A stretch of DNA of 64,000 bases from an uncultured Gemmatimonadota bacterium (GTDB taxonomy: Bacteria; SM23-81; DAOVCL01), in assembly GCA_964626665.1 (NCBI GenBank), contig CAZVGK010000001.1:96001-160000 (forward strand). The letters are read 5' to 3'. Shown here piece by piece: positions 38,560-48,305 of this stretch. A program made the position numbers and the translations under genes. The notes beneath the pieces were generated by a model that was given only the letters and a program-made list of their open reading frames with translations, searched no databases and was not told the origin of the DNA. Within the stretch, counting starts at the first letter, position 1, and every line of letters begins with the position of its first letter.

Positions 38560-39072
38560 ATGCCTATAGAAGGATTATTTACCAGCATGGAGATAAGTAG
38601 CTCTGGGCTTTTAGCCCAGAGGTTGAGGATGAATGCCATCGCCTCAAACATCGCCAATGTGAACACAACCAAGACCCCAGATGGCCATCCCTATAGAAGG
38701 CAATGGGTGGCCCTGACCTCCAGTGGCCAGGGGCCCTCCCTCCCCGCAGAATCCTATCCACCCCTTTCTAATCAGCTTCCCCTTGTCTCCACCGATCGGG
38801 CCCATCTGCCCCGGGGAGAGTTTCCCCCCTTACAGGGGGGGGGAATGGGAGTTGAGGTTAAGGGGGTTGTGCAGGAGGAGGGGGGGTTCAAACACATTTA
38901 TGATCCGCAAAATCCAGAGGCAGATGAGGAGGGATGGGTGACTATGCCCAACATAGACCTGGTTACCGAAATGGTGGATATGATCACGGCCAGAAGGGCC
39001 TATGAGGCCAATGTCACCGCATTCAACGCTGCGAAGCATATGGCCTTAAAGTCAATGGAGATTGTAAGATAA
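38560..39072 (+). CDS. flgC: Flagellar basal-body rod protein FlgC
   Basis: SGLLAQRLRMNAIASNIAN, YDP.NP.AD..G.V.MPN, RAYEAN. Confidence 0.95.
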   Translation: MPIEGLFTSMEISSSGLLAQRLRMNAIASNIANVNTTKTPDGHPYRRQWVALTSSGQGPSLPAESYPPLSNQLPLVSTDRAHLPRGEFPPLQGGGMGVEVKGVVQEEGGFKHIYDPQNPEADEEGWVTMPNIDLVTEMVDMITARRAYEANVTAFNAAKHMALKSMEIVR

Positions 39073-39075
39073 AAA

Positions 39076-39366
39076 ATGGATGGTATATCAAAGCTATCGT
39101 CTCTCTCTGGACTTTTCAAAACACCTCAGGGGCCAACCACTGATAAGGAGTCCTTTAAAAAGACGCTCCTTGGCTACATAGACCAAGTCAATGAATTACA
39201 GAATCGAGCCGACAGATCCATCGAGAAACTCATCTCCGGGGAGACCAAGGACATCCATCAGGTGATGATTGCTGCTGAGGAGGCCTCCATAAGCTTTCAA
39301 CTGATGATGGAGCTGCGCAACAAGATCTTGGATGCCTACCACGAGGTGATGAGGATTCAGGTTTAG
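39076..39366 (+). CDS. fliE: Hook-basal body protein FliE
   Basis: DIHQVMIA..RNKILDAYHEVMRIQV. Confidence 0.95.
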   Translation: MDGISKLSSLSGLFKTPQGPTTDKESFKKTLLGYIDQVNELQNRADRSIEKLISGETKDIHQVMIAAEEASISFQLMMELRNKILDAYHEVMRIQV

Positions 39367-39494
39367 CGAAGCTTCGAATGTAGAATGGAGAATTAAGAAT
39401 GAAAGAAACATGTAACCATGGACAATCGGGGCCTCAGCCCAATTGCTTTTGTTTCCAATCTTGCCTTATAAAGGGGTTTAATCGGGAGTAGTTA

Positions 39495-40976
39495 ATGGGA
39501 TCCTGGCAACAGTTAGCCAAGGCGACGCAAAGGCTGAGCATAGGCCAAAAGTTGGCTATGGTGGCGGTCTTTCTCCTGGTGCTTCTCAGCGTCATATTTG
39601 CCCTTCAGTGGGCAAAGAGGCCGGACTTTACCCCCCTCTATACCAATCTTTCCCCCCAGGATGCGGCCCAAATGGTGGATAAGCTGAGGTCGGCAAAAAT
39701 ACCCTATAAATTGTCCTCTGGGGGAACAGCCATTATGGTTCCCTCCAAGGATGTTTACCAAACCAGGATAAGCCTGGCCTCTGAGGGGCTTCCCCAGGCC
39801 AGCACCGTGGGGTTTGAGATCTTTGACAAGACCAACTTAGGGACTACGGACTTTGTGCAGAAGATCAACTATCACCGCGCCTTGGAGGGTGAACTCACCA
39901 GGACGATTGAGCAGTTGGCGGCAGTGCGGAGTGCCCGGGTACACCTGGTTATTCCCAACCCAAGCCTCTTTACCGAGGAGCAGAAGGAGGCTACAGCCTC
40001 TGTGGTCTTGACTATGGCCGGAGGTGGGGAGTTGGGCCGCGGCCAAGTTAAGGGGATAGCCCATCTGGTGGCCAGCTCGGTGGAGGGCCTCAAGCCCGAA
40101 AATGTAACTATCTTAGATAATTGGGGCAATATCCTCTCCGGAGGGGGGGGGGAGGACAACTCCCTCTTTGCCCTCAGCAATACCCAATTGGAGATGCAAA
40201 GGAATGTGGAGACCTACCTTTCCCATAAGGCATTGGCTATGTTGGAGAAGGCCTTAGGTGCGGGGAATGCTATAGTGAAGATGAATGTGGAGCTCGACTT
40301 CAAAAACTTAGAGAAGACGGTGGAAAGCTACGACCCGGAAAGTTCGGTGATCAGGAGCGAGGAGAGGAACGAACAGGCCACAACTACCCAAGGGGGAAAG
40401 AGCGAAAGCTCCGTTACCAATTACGAGATATCGAAGACCGTGGAGCATGTAATAGACAAGACCGGAAACATAAAGAGGCTTTGGGCAGCTGTGTTGATAA
40501 ATGGGTCATACAAATCCCAGAAGGGAAAGAAGGGCAAGGAGGTTAAGGTATACCAACCAAGGTCAGAGGAGGAGATTAGCAGGTTAACCGAAGTAGTGAA
40601 AAAGGCCGTGGGTTTTGACCCCTCTCGCGGGGATCAGATAGAGGTGGCCAATGTGCAGTTTGGCATTCCTCCGCAACTGACCCCAGTGAGCCCGAAGAGC
40701 TCACCCTTAGGAAAGTTAGGGTCAGGAATGGGAAGAAACCTCTTAATTGGGCTCGTCTTGGTTGTTGCCCTCCTTTTTCTGAAGTTGGCCCTCAAACAGT
40801 TGGGGGCCATTGCCTCCTCCCTGCAGGAGACCCCTTCATCCCCAGCTACAGAAGAGGAGAGGGAAGGTAAAGAAAAAGAAGCTAAGTATGACGCTAAAGG
40901 GCAGATAATCAGGATGGCCAATGAGAAACCGGATCAGCTTGTCTCTCTGATGAGAAGTTGGCTGACCAAAGGATAG
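39495..40976 (+). CDS. fliF: MS-ring protein FliF
   Basis: GFEIFD, RALEGEL.RTI, ARVHL, ASV, GFDPSRGD. Confidence 0.95.
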   Translation: MGSWQQLAKATQRLSIGQKLAMVAVFLLVLLSVIFALQWAKRPDFTPLYTNLSPQDAAQMVDKLRSAKIPYKLSSGGTAIMVPSKDVYQTRISLASEGLPQASTVGFEIFDKTNLGTTDFVQKINYHRALEGELTRTIEQLAAVRSARVHLVIPNPSLFTEEQKEATASVVLTMAGGGELGRGQVKGIAHLVASSVEGLKPENVTILDNWGNILSGGGGEDNSLFALSNTQLEMQRNVETYLSHKALAMLEKALGAGNAIVKMNVELDFKNLEKTVESYDPESSVIRSEERNEQATTTQGGKSESSVTNYEISKTVEHVIDKTGNIKRLWAAVLINGSYKSQKGKKGKEVKVYQPRSEEEISRLTEVVKKAVGFDPSRGDQIEVANVQFGIPPQLTPVSPKSSPLGKLGSGMGRNLLIGLVLVVALLFLKLALKQLGAIASSLQETPSSPATEEEREGKEKEAKYDAKGQIIRMANEKPDQLVSLMRSWLTKG

Positions 40977-40979
40977 GTA

Positions 40980-41999
40980 ATGGCCTTGATTAGAGGGAAA
41001 TTGAGCGGGGTTCAGAAGGCTGCCGTTCTCCTCATCACCTTAGGACCTGATACTGCCTCCCGGGTATTGAAGGAGTTTGATCAGGCAGAGGCACAGATGG
41101 TGGTTGGGGAGATAGCCAACTTAAAGGAGGTTTCCTCTGAGCTAAAGGATGAGGTGTTGGGGGAGTTTTACGAGATCAGCCAAAGGAAGAAGGAAGTAAT
41201 TGAGGGGGGAGCGGGGTTTGCCGGGGAGCTTTTGCGGAAAGCAGTTGGTGGGAAGAAAGCCCAGGGGATGCTGCGGAAAGCTATGGAGGGATATGAGATA
41301 AACCCCTTAGAGCTGATTAAAAGCACTGAGCCAGAGGAGCTTACCAAACACCTCAAGGAGGAACATCCGCAGATCATCGCCCTCCTTTTGGCCTTCCTGC
41401 CCAGGAATCTGGCCTCCCAGGTGCTCTTAAACCTCCCAGATGAGACATCCCGGGATGTAATCAAGCGGATGGCCATCACGGAGAAGATCTCCCCCCAGAT
41501 AATAGAGGAGGTGACAGACCTCTTAGGTGAGAAATTGGACACTGGTTCCGCATTAGGGGTGGAGACCTTTGATGGGGTGAAGACGGCAGCAGAGCTTTTA
41601 AGCTTCTTAGGGGCTACCACGGCCAAGGAGATACTTGACGACTTAGAGAAGGAAAATCCGGAAATGGCCCAGAAGATGCAGGAGTTCCTCTTTATGTTTG
41701 AGGATGTCGCCCTCTTAGATGATCGTTCCGTGCAGAGATTGCTCAAGGAGATCGATACCAAACAGTTGACCCTGGCCTTAAAGGCGGCCAGCGAGGAGCT
41801 AAAAAACCGTTTTCTGCAAAATATGTCGGAGAGGGCCCAGGAAGCCCTTAAGGAGGATATGGAGCTATTGGGGCCGGTGAAGGTGTCTGAGGTAGAGGAG
41901 GCCCAGAGGGCCATAGCGGCCACGGTGCGTAACCTCTCCTATGCCGGGGAGATAATCATCCCCAAAAAAGGAGGGGAGGGGGGAGATGAGTACATATAA
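40980..41999 (+). CDS. fliG: Motor switch protein FliG
   Basis: QKAAVLL, EHPQ, FMFED, NMSERA. Confidence 0.95.
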   Translation: MALIRGKLSGVQKAAVLLITLGPDTASRVLKEFDQAEAQMVVGEIANLKEVSSELKDEVLGEFYEISQRKKEVIEGGAGFAGELLRKAVGGKKAQGMLRKAMEGYEINPLELIKSTEPEELTKHLKEEHPQIIALLLAFLPRNLASQVLLNLPDETSRDVIKRMAITEKISPQIIEEVTDLLGEKLDTGSALGVETFDGVKTAAELLSFLGATTAKEILDDLEKENPEMAQKMQEFLFMFEDVALLDDRSVQRLLKEIDTKQLTLALKAASEELKNRFLQNMSERAQEALKEDMELLGPVKVSEVEEAQRAIAATVRNLSYAGEIIIPKKGGEGGDEYI

Positions 42000-42600
42000 G
42001 GTAATAAAAAGCAGATTGCCTATCTCTGGGATAAGGGTGGTAGGGGGAAACCTGAACCAATCCACTTCATCCTCATCTTCGCCTCAGGAGCCGCCAAACC
42101 TTTCCCCGTCAAACAACCTTAGTTATCAGCAAGGTTTTGCGGAGGGGAAGAGGAAAGGTTTGATGTTGGGGAGAAGGGAGGTGGCCCCCCTCATCTCTAA
42201 GCTGAAGCTGATCACCAGGTCCCTTTTGCAGGCTAAAGAGGAAGTTACCAACCAAGCCCAGAGGGAGATGGTGGAGCTGGCCTTGGCTATAGCCAAGAGG
42301 GTGGTCAGGGCCAATGTCCAGATGAATAAGGAGATAGTAACCCATATGGTTAAGGAGGCCTTGCGCCGGGCTGCGGACAGGGAGAGGATCGTTATCAGGA
42401 TCAACCCCCAGGATGTAGAGGAGATAAAGGCCCAGCGCGACGAATATACGACCTCGATTGAGGGGATAGGAAGCTTGGAGATAGTGGCAGATCGGAGGGT
42501 CTCCCCGGGGGGGTGCGTGGTGGAGACCAATACCGGGAATATCGTCGCTGACCTCGATGCGCAACTTGAGGAGATAAAGGGAAAATTGATTGGGAATTGA
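41986..42600 (+). CDS. fliH: Flagellar assembly protein FliH
   Basis: GxxxG repeats, RINPQD, GGCVVET; sits between fliG and fliI. Confidence 0.88.
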   Translation: MSTYKVIKSRLPISGIRVVGGNLNQSTSSSSSPQEPPNLSPSNNLSYQQGFAEGKRKGLMLGRREVAPLISKLKLITRSLLQAKEEVTNQAQREMVELALAIAKRVVRANVQMNKEIVTHMVKEALRRAADRERIVIRINPQDVEEIKAQRDEYTTSIEGIGSLEIVADRRVSPGGCVVETNTGNIVADLDAQLEEIKGKLIGN

Positions 42601-42601
42601 A

Positions 42602-43963
42602 ATGGAGTTAGGGAAATATCTTAAAGCCATAGAGAGGATAGATCCCATTAAACAGAGTGGGAAGGTTACCCAGGTGGTGGGATTGCTGATAGAATCCCTG
42701 GGTCCGGCGGTCTCCGTGGGGGAGATCTGCGATTTGGTCTACAGCAGGACGGCAAAGCCGGTCAAGTCAGAGGTCGTGGGCTTCAAGGAGAGGAAAGTTC
42801 TTCTTATGCCCTTGGGACCAATGCTGGGAATTGGCCCGGGAACTGAAGCGATAGCTACCCATCAGACCCTGTCCGTGGGTGTGGGAAGGGAACTCTTGGG
42901 CAGAATCCTCGACGGTTTAGGTGAACCGATGGATGGAAAGGGACCCATAATCACCGAGCAGAGGAGATCGGTCTATGCTTCCCCCCCTCCTCCCTTGGAG
43001 AGAAGAAGGATTAAGGATCCCCTGCCCACGGGGATCAGGGCCATTGATGGGCTGCTTACCTGTGGAAAGGGCCAGAGGGTGGGGATTTTCTCCGGCAGTG
43101 GGGTGGGGAAATCCGTCCTCTTGGGAATGGTTGCCCAAAAGAGCGAGGCCGCGGTCAACGTTATCGGGCTCATCGGGGAGCGGGGAAGGGAGGTGCGGGA
43201 TTTTATAGAGAGGGACCTGGGCAGGGAAGGGTTACAGAGGTCTGTCGTTGTGGTGGCTACCTCAGATCAGCCGCCCTTGATCAGGTTGAAGGGGGCCCTG
43301 GTGGCCACCACCATAGCGGAATTCTTCCGGGATGAGGGGCTCGATGTGATGTTAATGATGGACTCGGTGACCAGAATCGCTATGGCCCAGCGGGAAATTG
43401 GGCTGGCCATTGGAGAGCCACCCACCACCAAGGGGTATACCCCATCGACTTTTGCCCTTCTCCCTCAATTTTTGGAAAGGGCGGGGAGTTCCCAGCAGGG
43501 GAGCATCACCGGCCTCTACACCATCTTGGTGGAAGGCGATGATATGAACGAACCCATCTCTGATGCCTGTCGGGCCATCCTGGATGGGCATATAGCTCTC
43601 TCCCGGAGGTTGGCCTCTCAAAATCATTATCCTGCCATCGATGTGTTAGAGAGCGTATCCCGGGTGATGATCGATGTGGTGAGGCCAGAACATATGGAGG
43701 CAGCCAAGAGGGTAATAGAGGTTCTCTCCACCTACAGGGATGCCGAAGACCTCATAAACATTGGTGCTTATGTACCAGGTTCAAACAAGAAGATAGATTA
43801 CTCCCTCTCTATGGTTGATCGCATAAACTCTTACCTCAAGCAGGATATCGAGGAGGAGACAAGATATGCCGAGGTGGTTGAGGGGTTGCTGGGGATGTTT
43901 AAGTTTAATCCCGGCCAGAAGATCCCTCCCCCTGAGGAGAGCCTGGTACAGAGGGCGAGATGA
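42602..43963 (+). CDS. fliI: Flagellar export ATPase FliI
   Basis: GSGVGKS, GERGREV, MDSVTR, GEPP, LDGHI. Confidence 0.96.
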   Translation: MELGKYLKAIERIDPIKQSGKVTQVVGLLIESLGPAVSVGEICDLVYSRTAKPVKSEVVGFKERKVLLMPLGPMLGIGPGTEAIATHQTLSVGVGRELLGRILDGLGEPMDGKGPIITEQRRSVYASPPPPLERRRIKDPLPTGIRAIDGLLTCGKGQRVGIFSGSGVGKSVLLGMVAQKSEAAVNVIGLIGERGREVRDFIERDLGREGLQRSVVVVATSDQPPLIRLKGALVATTIAEFFRDEGLDVMLMMDSVTRIAMAQREIGLAIGEPPTTKGYTPSTFALLPQFLERAGSSQQGSITGLYTILVEGDDMNEPISDACRAILDGHIALSRRLASQNHYPAIDVLESVSRVMIDVVRPEHMEAAKRVIEVLSTYRDAEDLINIGAYVPGSNKKIDYSLSMVDRINSYLKQDIEEETRYAEVVEGLLGMFKFNPGQKIPPPEESLVQRAR

Positions 43964-44415
43964 AAAGGTTTAACTTTAGATTAAAAAAGGTGCTTAAACA
44001 CAGGGAGATAGTGGAAAACCTAAAAAAGGAGAAATTGGGAAAGGCCAAGTCTGAACTAAAGAGGGAGAGGGACCTGCTGAGAAAGATGGAGGACCAAAGG
44101 AGAAGGACAAGGGAGGAGCTGAAGGAGAGGCGATCAGTTCAGATTAGCCTTCCTGAGGCCTTGCTCTATGAGGCCTATTTGGAAAGGGTGGATGAGGAGG
44201 TTAACCAACAGGTGACAAAGGCCGCCCAGCTCTCCCAGAAGGTGCAGAAAACCAGGGAAGATCTCCTCCAAGCCTCCCAGGAGAAGAAGGTAGTAGAAAA
44301 GCTAAAGGAGAGAAGAGAAGAGGAATATACCAATGAGCTAAGGAGATTTGAGCAGGGGATGAGCGATGAGGCCTCAATTAACCAATTTAATCGGAAACTT
44401 AGGGGAAAGTTATGA
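43960..44415 (+). CDS. fliJ: Flagellar export protein FliJ
   Basis: F.FRL.KVL N-terminus, coiled coil, EQ..SDE; follows fliI. Confidence 0.88.
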   Translation: MKRFNFRLKKVLKHREIVENLKKEKLGKAKSELKRERDLLRKMEDQRRRTREELKERRSVQISLPEALLYEAYLERVDEEVNQQVTKAAQLSQKVQKTREDLLQASQEKKVVEKLKERREEEYTNELRRFEQGMSDEASINQFNRKLRGKL

Positions 44416-44990
44416 AGAAGTTAATTCTGAACATTTTCCTTACCGCTGGCATATTCTTGGGGATGATGATGGCCACCGGGGTGATGCAAAAGCAACTGCT
44501 GCCGGTGCTCAAGCTAAAGAAGGAGCTCAAAGAGAAGGCCACCCCAGGCCAAAAGGAGGTAGTGAGGGATACCCTTGCCGCAACGGAGAGCTCTCCTCCC
44601 GATTCGGTTTCCCAGATGCTTAAGGAGTTAGATGCCCAGAGGGAGAAGATCGCCAAGAGGTTGGCCGCCTTACAGAAAAGGGAGAAGGAGGTTGCCCAGC
44701 GGGAACAGAAGGTGGAAGGGGAACTTGCCCAATTGAAGAGTCTGAAGGAAGCGCTAAACACCACAACAAATGCCCAGGCCTCCAAGTTGGCCAAAGCATT
44801 TCAGGCTATGGATGCGGGTCAGGCGGCAAAGATAGCCAAGGATTTAGATGATCACACCCTGACTGAGTTACTCCTGCAGATCAGAGAGAGAAATGCAGCA
44901 AAGATCTTGGCAAGCTTGGACCCTTCCCGCGCCGCGCGCATCTACAAGCAGTTGAGCAGCAAAAGTCTGCAGGCGGCAAATGAACATTAG
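44412..44990 (+). CDS. MotE/YlxF-like flagellar protein (TM, coiled coil, MgtE-N-like end)
   Basis: MDAGQAAKI..AAKILASLDPSRAA; position after fliJ. Confidence 0.75.
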   Translation: MKKLILNIFLTAGIFLGMMMATGVMQKQLLPVLKLKKELKEKATPGQKEVVRDTLAATESSPPDSVSQMLKELDAQREKIAKRLAALQKREKEVAQREQKVEGELAQLKSLKEALNTTTNAQASKLAKAFQAMDAGQAAKIAKDLDDHTLTELLLQIRERNAAKILASLDPSRAARIYKQLSSKSLQAANEH

Positions 44991-45005
44991 ACGAATATCC
45001 ATAAG

Positions 45006-46856
45006 ATGAATGAAAGTCTATTGAACATATATAGGCCTTCTTCCTATAAGGATCTCCATCCTATAAAGAAGCAGAAGAAAGGGTCAACCGCTTTCCAAAA
45101 CCTTGTTCTGGGGCTAACCCAGGAAGGGACCGCATTTGAGGGGCAGACAAAGCCGTTCGCAGGAAGGGGAGGGAACCCCACCGGCTGCGCCCAGGAAAAC
45201 CTTAAAGGGCAATCCCACTTTGGGGCAGTCCCCTGCAAGATCTTCTCTCAGGGAGGCAAAGTTATGGGGGGAAAGGTAGTTCTCTCCCTTCTTCGGGGAA
45301 CTCAACCCAAGGCAGCAAGTGTTCCCAGCTCCCCTTCCTCCCCTCAAAAAGATGGACAAAATTCAGAGGGGGGAGGAAATCCCACCATCAGGCCAGATGG
45401 CCCCCTCTCTCCCCGGGTAAAGCCGAATTCAGTCAGGCTTTTATCCTTCTGGCCGAAAGGGAATAGAGGCAGGGGGGAAGCCGCAGATTTCCCCCTAAAA
45501 CATCCTCCTCCAACCTCACATAGTTCCCTTTCCCCCTCTCTGAATGCTAAGTTGGCCTTTTTAGGAGTGGGTTTCTCAGATCTTCCTGCCGAGACAAACC
45601 TCTTAGGCTCTCGCAGTCTGCAGCCCATTCCACCGGCTGCCCCGCTGGATCTCGTTCCCTCCCTGCGGGTGGGGCAAGCTTTCCAATTTGGCCAAGGCTT
45701 ATGGACGAACCTTTCATCCGGAGAGCTTCTGGGGGAGTGGGTGAACCCTGCCGTAAACCTAAGAAGCCAATGGGGCACCGAGGGGGGAGGAGCCCAGCAG
45801 ACTACCAATGGGTTGCCCCCCAAAGGGATATTGTCAATTGTCCAGCCAGCCCCCCCCCACCAATCCGAGAGCAAGGGGATCTCCCCGCAACCTCCAGTAA
45901 AGATAGAGGTGATGGAGGCTTCACCTTCCCAGCTCACCCTAATCCTGCACCCCCCGCAGGGTGAGGGGGAGATGCGGTTGGATGTAAACCTCTCTCAGGT
46001 GGATTCCTTCCTGAACAGGGTAGCCCTCCAATCACTTAAGGATGCCTATGGGCTGAAAGGGGGAAAGGGTGAGGTAACCGCTAAAACTGGAATGGACCCT
46101 GCTGATCAGCTTCATCTTAAACTTAGTTTAAAAAAGGGGGAAATCGTCGGGGAGATAATTACCCCCAATCCAAAGGTGAAGAGGATAGTTGAGCAAGCCT
46201 TACCTCAGGTGAAAAAGATACTCAGTCATGTGGGCATTGAGATGGATGGTCTCAAGGTCTCCTCTTCCCTTGCGCAGGGCAAGTCATCTCGGCCAGCCCA
46301 TTCCAAACCGGTGGCCTCTAATCTTCATAGCTCTCCGGGGGAAGAGCCAAAGAACTTGAAGATAAGCTTCTCCTCTCAGCCAATAAAACTGCAGACCACC
46401 CCTATGCACCACCAATCCCCAACCTCCCACCAGGTTAAGGATCTAAATAACCTCATAGAGCAGCTTATAGGAAAACTTAAGGTAAACCTGCAGCACGGGA
46501 GGTCGGAGGCTATGGTCTCCCTGAAGCCGGACTATCTGGGGCACCTGCAGATAAAGCTCACCCTGGACGGTAAAAGCATTGTAGGAAAGATACTTGTGGA
46601 CAATCCCCTGGCCAAGAGTCTCATCCAGAACTCCCTACCTCATCTGCGAAGTTCCCTGGTTAACCTGGGCATTCAGGTGGAACACCTTGATGTCTTCGTG
46701 GGAGAGAGGTTTCCCTCCCCGCAGCAGAGGTCATCCCCTAAGGGCAAAAGATATCAACCCCGTTTCTCGCCGCAGCCTCTTCTGGGGGCAGAGGCCCTCT
46801 CACCACCGTTGGGGGTGAATATGGCTGCTGGAGGGGGAGTGGACTATTTGGCTTAG
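45006..46856 (+). CDS. fliK: Flagellar hook-length control protein FliK
   Basis: Pro/Ser-rich N-terminal region, C-terminal LKPDYLGHLQI..LPHLRSSL..GI, ends VDYLA. Confidence 0.85.
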   Translation: MNESLLNIYRPSSYKDLHPIKKQKKGSTAFQNLVLGLTQEGTAFEGQTKPFAGRGGNPTGCAQENLKGQSHFGAVPCKIFSQGGKVMGGKVVLSLLRGTQPKAASVPSSPSSPQKDGQNSEGGGNPTIRPDGPLSPRVKPNSVRLLSFWPKGNRGRGEAADFPLKHPPPTSHSSLSPSLNAKLAFLGVGFSDLPAETNLLGSRSLQPIPPAAPLDLVPSLRVGQAFQFGQGLWTNLSSGELLGEWVNPAVNLRSQWGTEGGGAQQTTNGLPPKGILSIVQPAPPHQSESKGISPQPPVKIEVMEASPSQLTLILHPPQGEGEMRLDVNLSQVDSFLNRVALQSLKDAYGLKGGKGEVTAKTGMDPADQLHLKLSLKKGEIVGEIITPNPKVKRIVEQALPQVKKILSHVGIEMDGLKVSSSLAQGKSSRPAHSKPVASNLHSSPGEEPKNLKISFSSQPIKLQTTPMHHQSPTSHQVKDLNNLIEQLIGKLKVNLQHGRSEAMVSLKPDYLGHLQIKLTLDGKSIVGKILVDNPLAKSLIQNSLPHLRSSLVNLGIQVEHLDVFVGERFPSPQQRSSPKGKRYQPRFSPQPLLGAEALSPPLGVNMAAGGGVDYLA

Positions 46857-47160
46857 CCCCCCATAGAAGAGCGAAAACAATCAATTAGCAATGAACAATT
46901 ATCAATGGAAAAGGAAACTGCAGGATTTTCCCTCTTTCAAAAGAAAGAGGTGGTAGAACCCCGATTCTGCCACCTACCGCCGTCAGATGAGGGCATCTGA
47001 CGGCTCAGTCTAAATTTCCATTTTCCATCACTCAGGGCTCTGCCCTAACGGCACAGGAAAGTTTCATTTTTAATTCTTAATTGCTTTTTTCCGTGAGCTT
47101 CCGTGGTAAACTGTTAGCCCTCAACAATGAAACCCAAATTTAGAAAGGAGGTGAAAAGAG

Positions 47161-47823
47161 ATGAGCAGCGAAATCATTGCTCCCCTTAGTTCCACAGGCG
47201 ATCAAACCTCTTACTTTACGGGGGGCGCGACCCTGGGGAAGGAGGATTTCCTCAAGCTCCTGATCATACAGCTTCAATATCAGGATCCCCTAAGCCCTAT
47301 GGAGAACACGGACTTTATGGCTCAACTTGCCCAATTCAGTAGCTTGGAACAGCTCCAGAATGTAAACTCCAATCTCCAGGCGAACTTTCTCCTCACCCAA
47401 TCCCTGAACAACTCCTTGGCCACTAACCTGATCGGGAAGAGGGTCATTGCCCAGGGCAACCAGGTTTACTTAGCGGGAGATGAGGGGGAGGAGATAACCT
47501 TTGCCCTGGCCGCCGACGCTGGGGTCACCGTAGAGGTCTACGATGCCGCTGGAAACCTGGTGAAGACTCTCAAGGGTGGTGCCCTCTCCTCCGGGAGAAA
47601 CCAAATCCACTGGGACGGTAAGGACAGTGATGGCAACCAACTTCCCCCTGGCAACTACACCTACAAGCTTACGGCTACCGACTCCGATGGGAATTCGGTG
47701 GATGTAACCACCTATAGCACAGGGCTGATCGGTGGGGTCAGGTTCCAGGACGGCAATGCCGTTCTCATAATGGGAGACCAGGAAATTAACCTCTCCGATA
47801 TAGTGGAGATTCTTACTCCATAG
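47161..47823 (+). CDS. flgD: Hook capping protein FlgD
   Basis: FLKLLIIQLQYQDPLSP, AQLAQFSSLEQ, WDGKD. Confidence 0.95.
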   Translation: MSSEIIAPLSSTGDQTSYFTGGATLGKEDFLKLLIIQLQYQDPLSPMENTDFMAQLAQFSSLEQLQNVNSNLQANFLLTQSLNNSLATNLIGKRVIAQGNQVYLAGDEGEEITFALAADAGVTVEVYDAAGNLVKTLKGGALSSGRNQIHWDGKDSDGNQLPPGNYTYKLTATDSDGNSVDVTTYSTGLIGGVRFQDGNAVLIMGDQEINLSDIVEILTP

Positions 47824-47839
47824 GGAAGGAGGTGATGAG

Positions 47840-48226
47840 ATGGTCGATATAATCCACGGTGCTCCAGTTAACCCTTTAACTTCTCCCCCTTCACAGGGGA
47901 GGAGGCCCCAGCTACCCAACAATTCTCAAGCCTTTCGCCAGATCCTCAGCAAAAAGATAGAAGAAGGGAACTACAATTTGAGATTCTCCTCCCATGCAAT
48001 GCAGAGGCTGGTGGCCCGGGGCATAAACTTAACCTCTTATGACCTGAATAGGGTTGACGGCGCTGTGGAGAGGGCAAAAGCAAAGGGGGCCAAGGACTCG
48101 CTGGTTCTTCTTGGCGATCTGGCCTTTTTAGTGAGTGTGGAAAACAGAACAGTTATCACCGCCCTGGTGGGCTCCTCCCTGAGGGAGAAGATCTTTACCC
48201 ACATTGATAGTGCGGTGATAGCTTAA
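47840..48226 (+). CDS. Flagellar operon protein (TIGR02530 family)
   Basis: FSSHAMQRL.ARGI, KGAKDSL, NRTVITA, FTHIDSAVI. Confidence 0.88.
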   Translation: MVDIIHGAPVNPLTSPPSQGRRPQLPNNSQAFRQILSKKIEEGNYNLRFSSHAMQRLVARGINLTSYDLNRVDGAVERAKAKGAKDSLVLLGDLAFLVSVENRTVITALVGSSLREKIFTHIDSAVIA

Positions 48227-48228
48227 AA

Positions 48229-48283
48229 CTGGGCTGGACCCCCATAGGGGAAGCCCAGGGTTGCCGAACGACGGAGGCAACCC
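48229..48283 (+). promoter_or_regulatory. Two-hairpin RNA structure in the flgE leader
   Basis: CTGGGCT-GGA-CCCC-CATA-GGGG-A-AGCCCAG followed by GGGTTGCC-GAACGACGGA-GGCAACCC; no U-tract. Confidence 0.55.
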
Positions 48284-48305
48284 AGGAAAAAGGGGGTAAT
48301 TTAAG

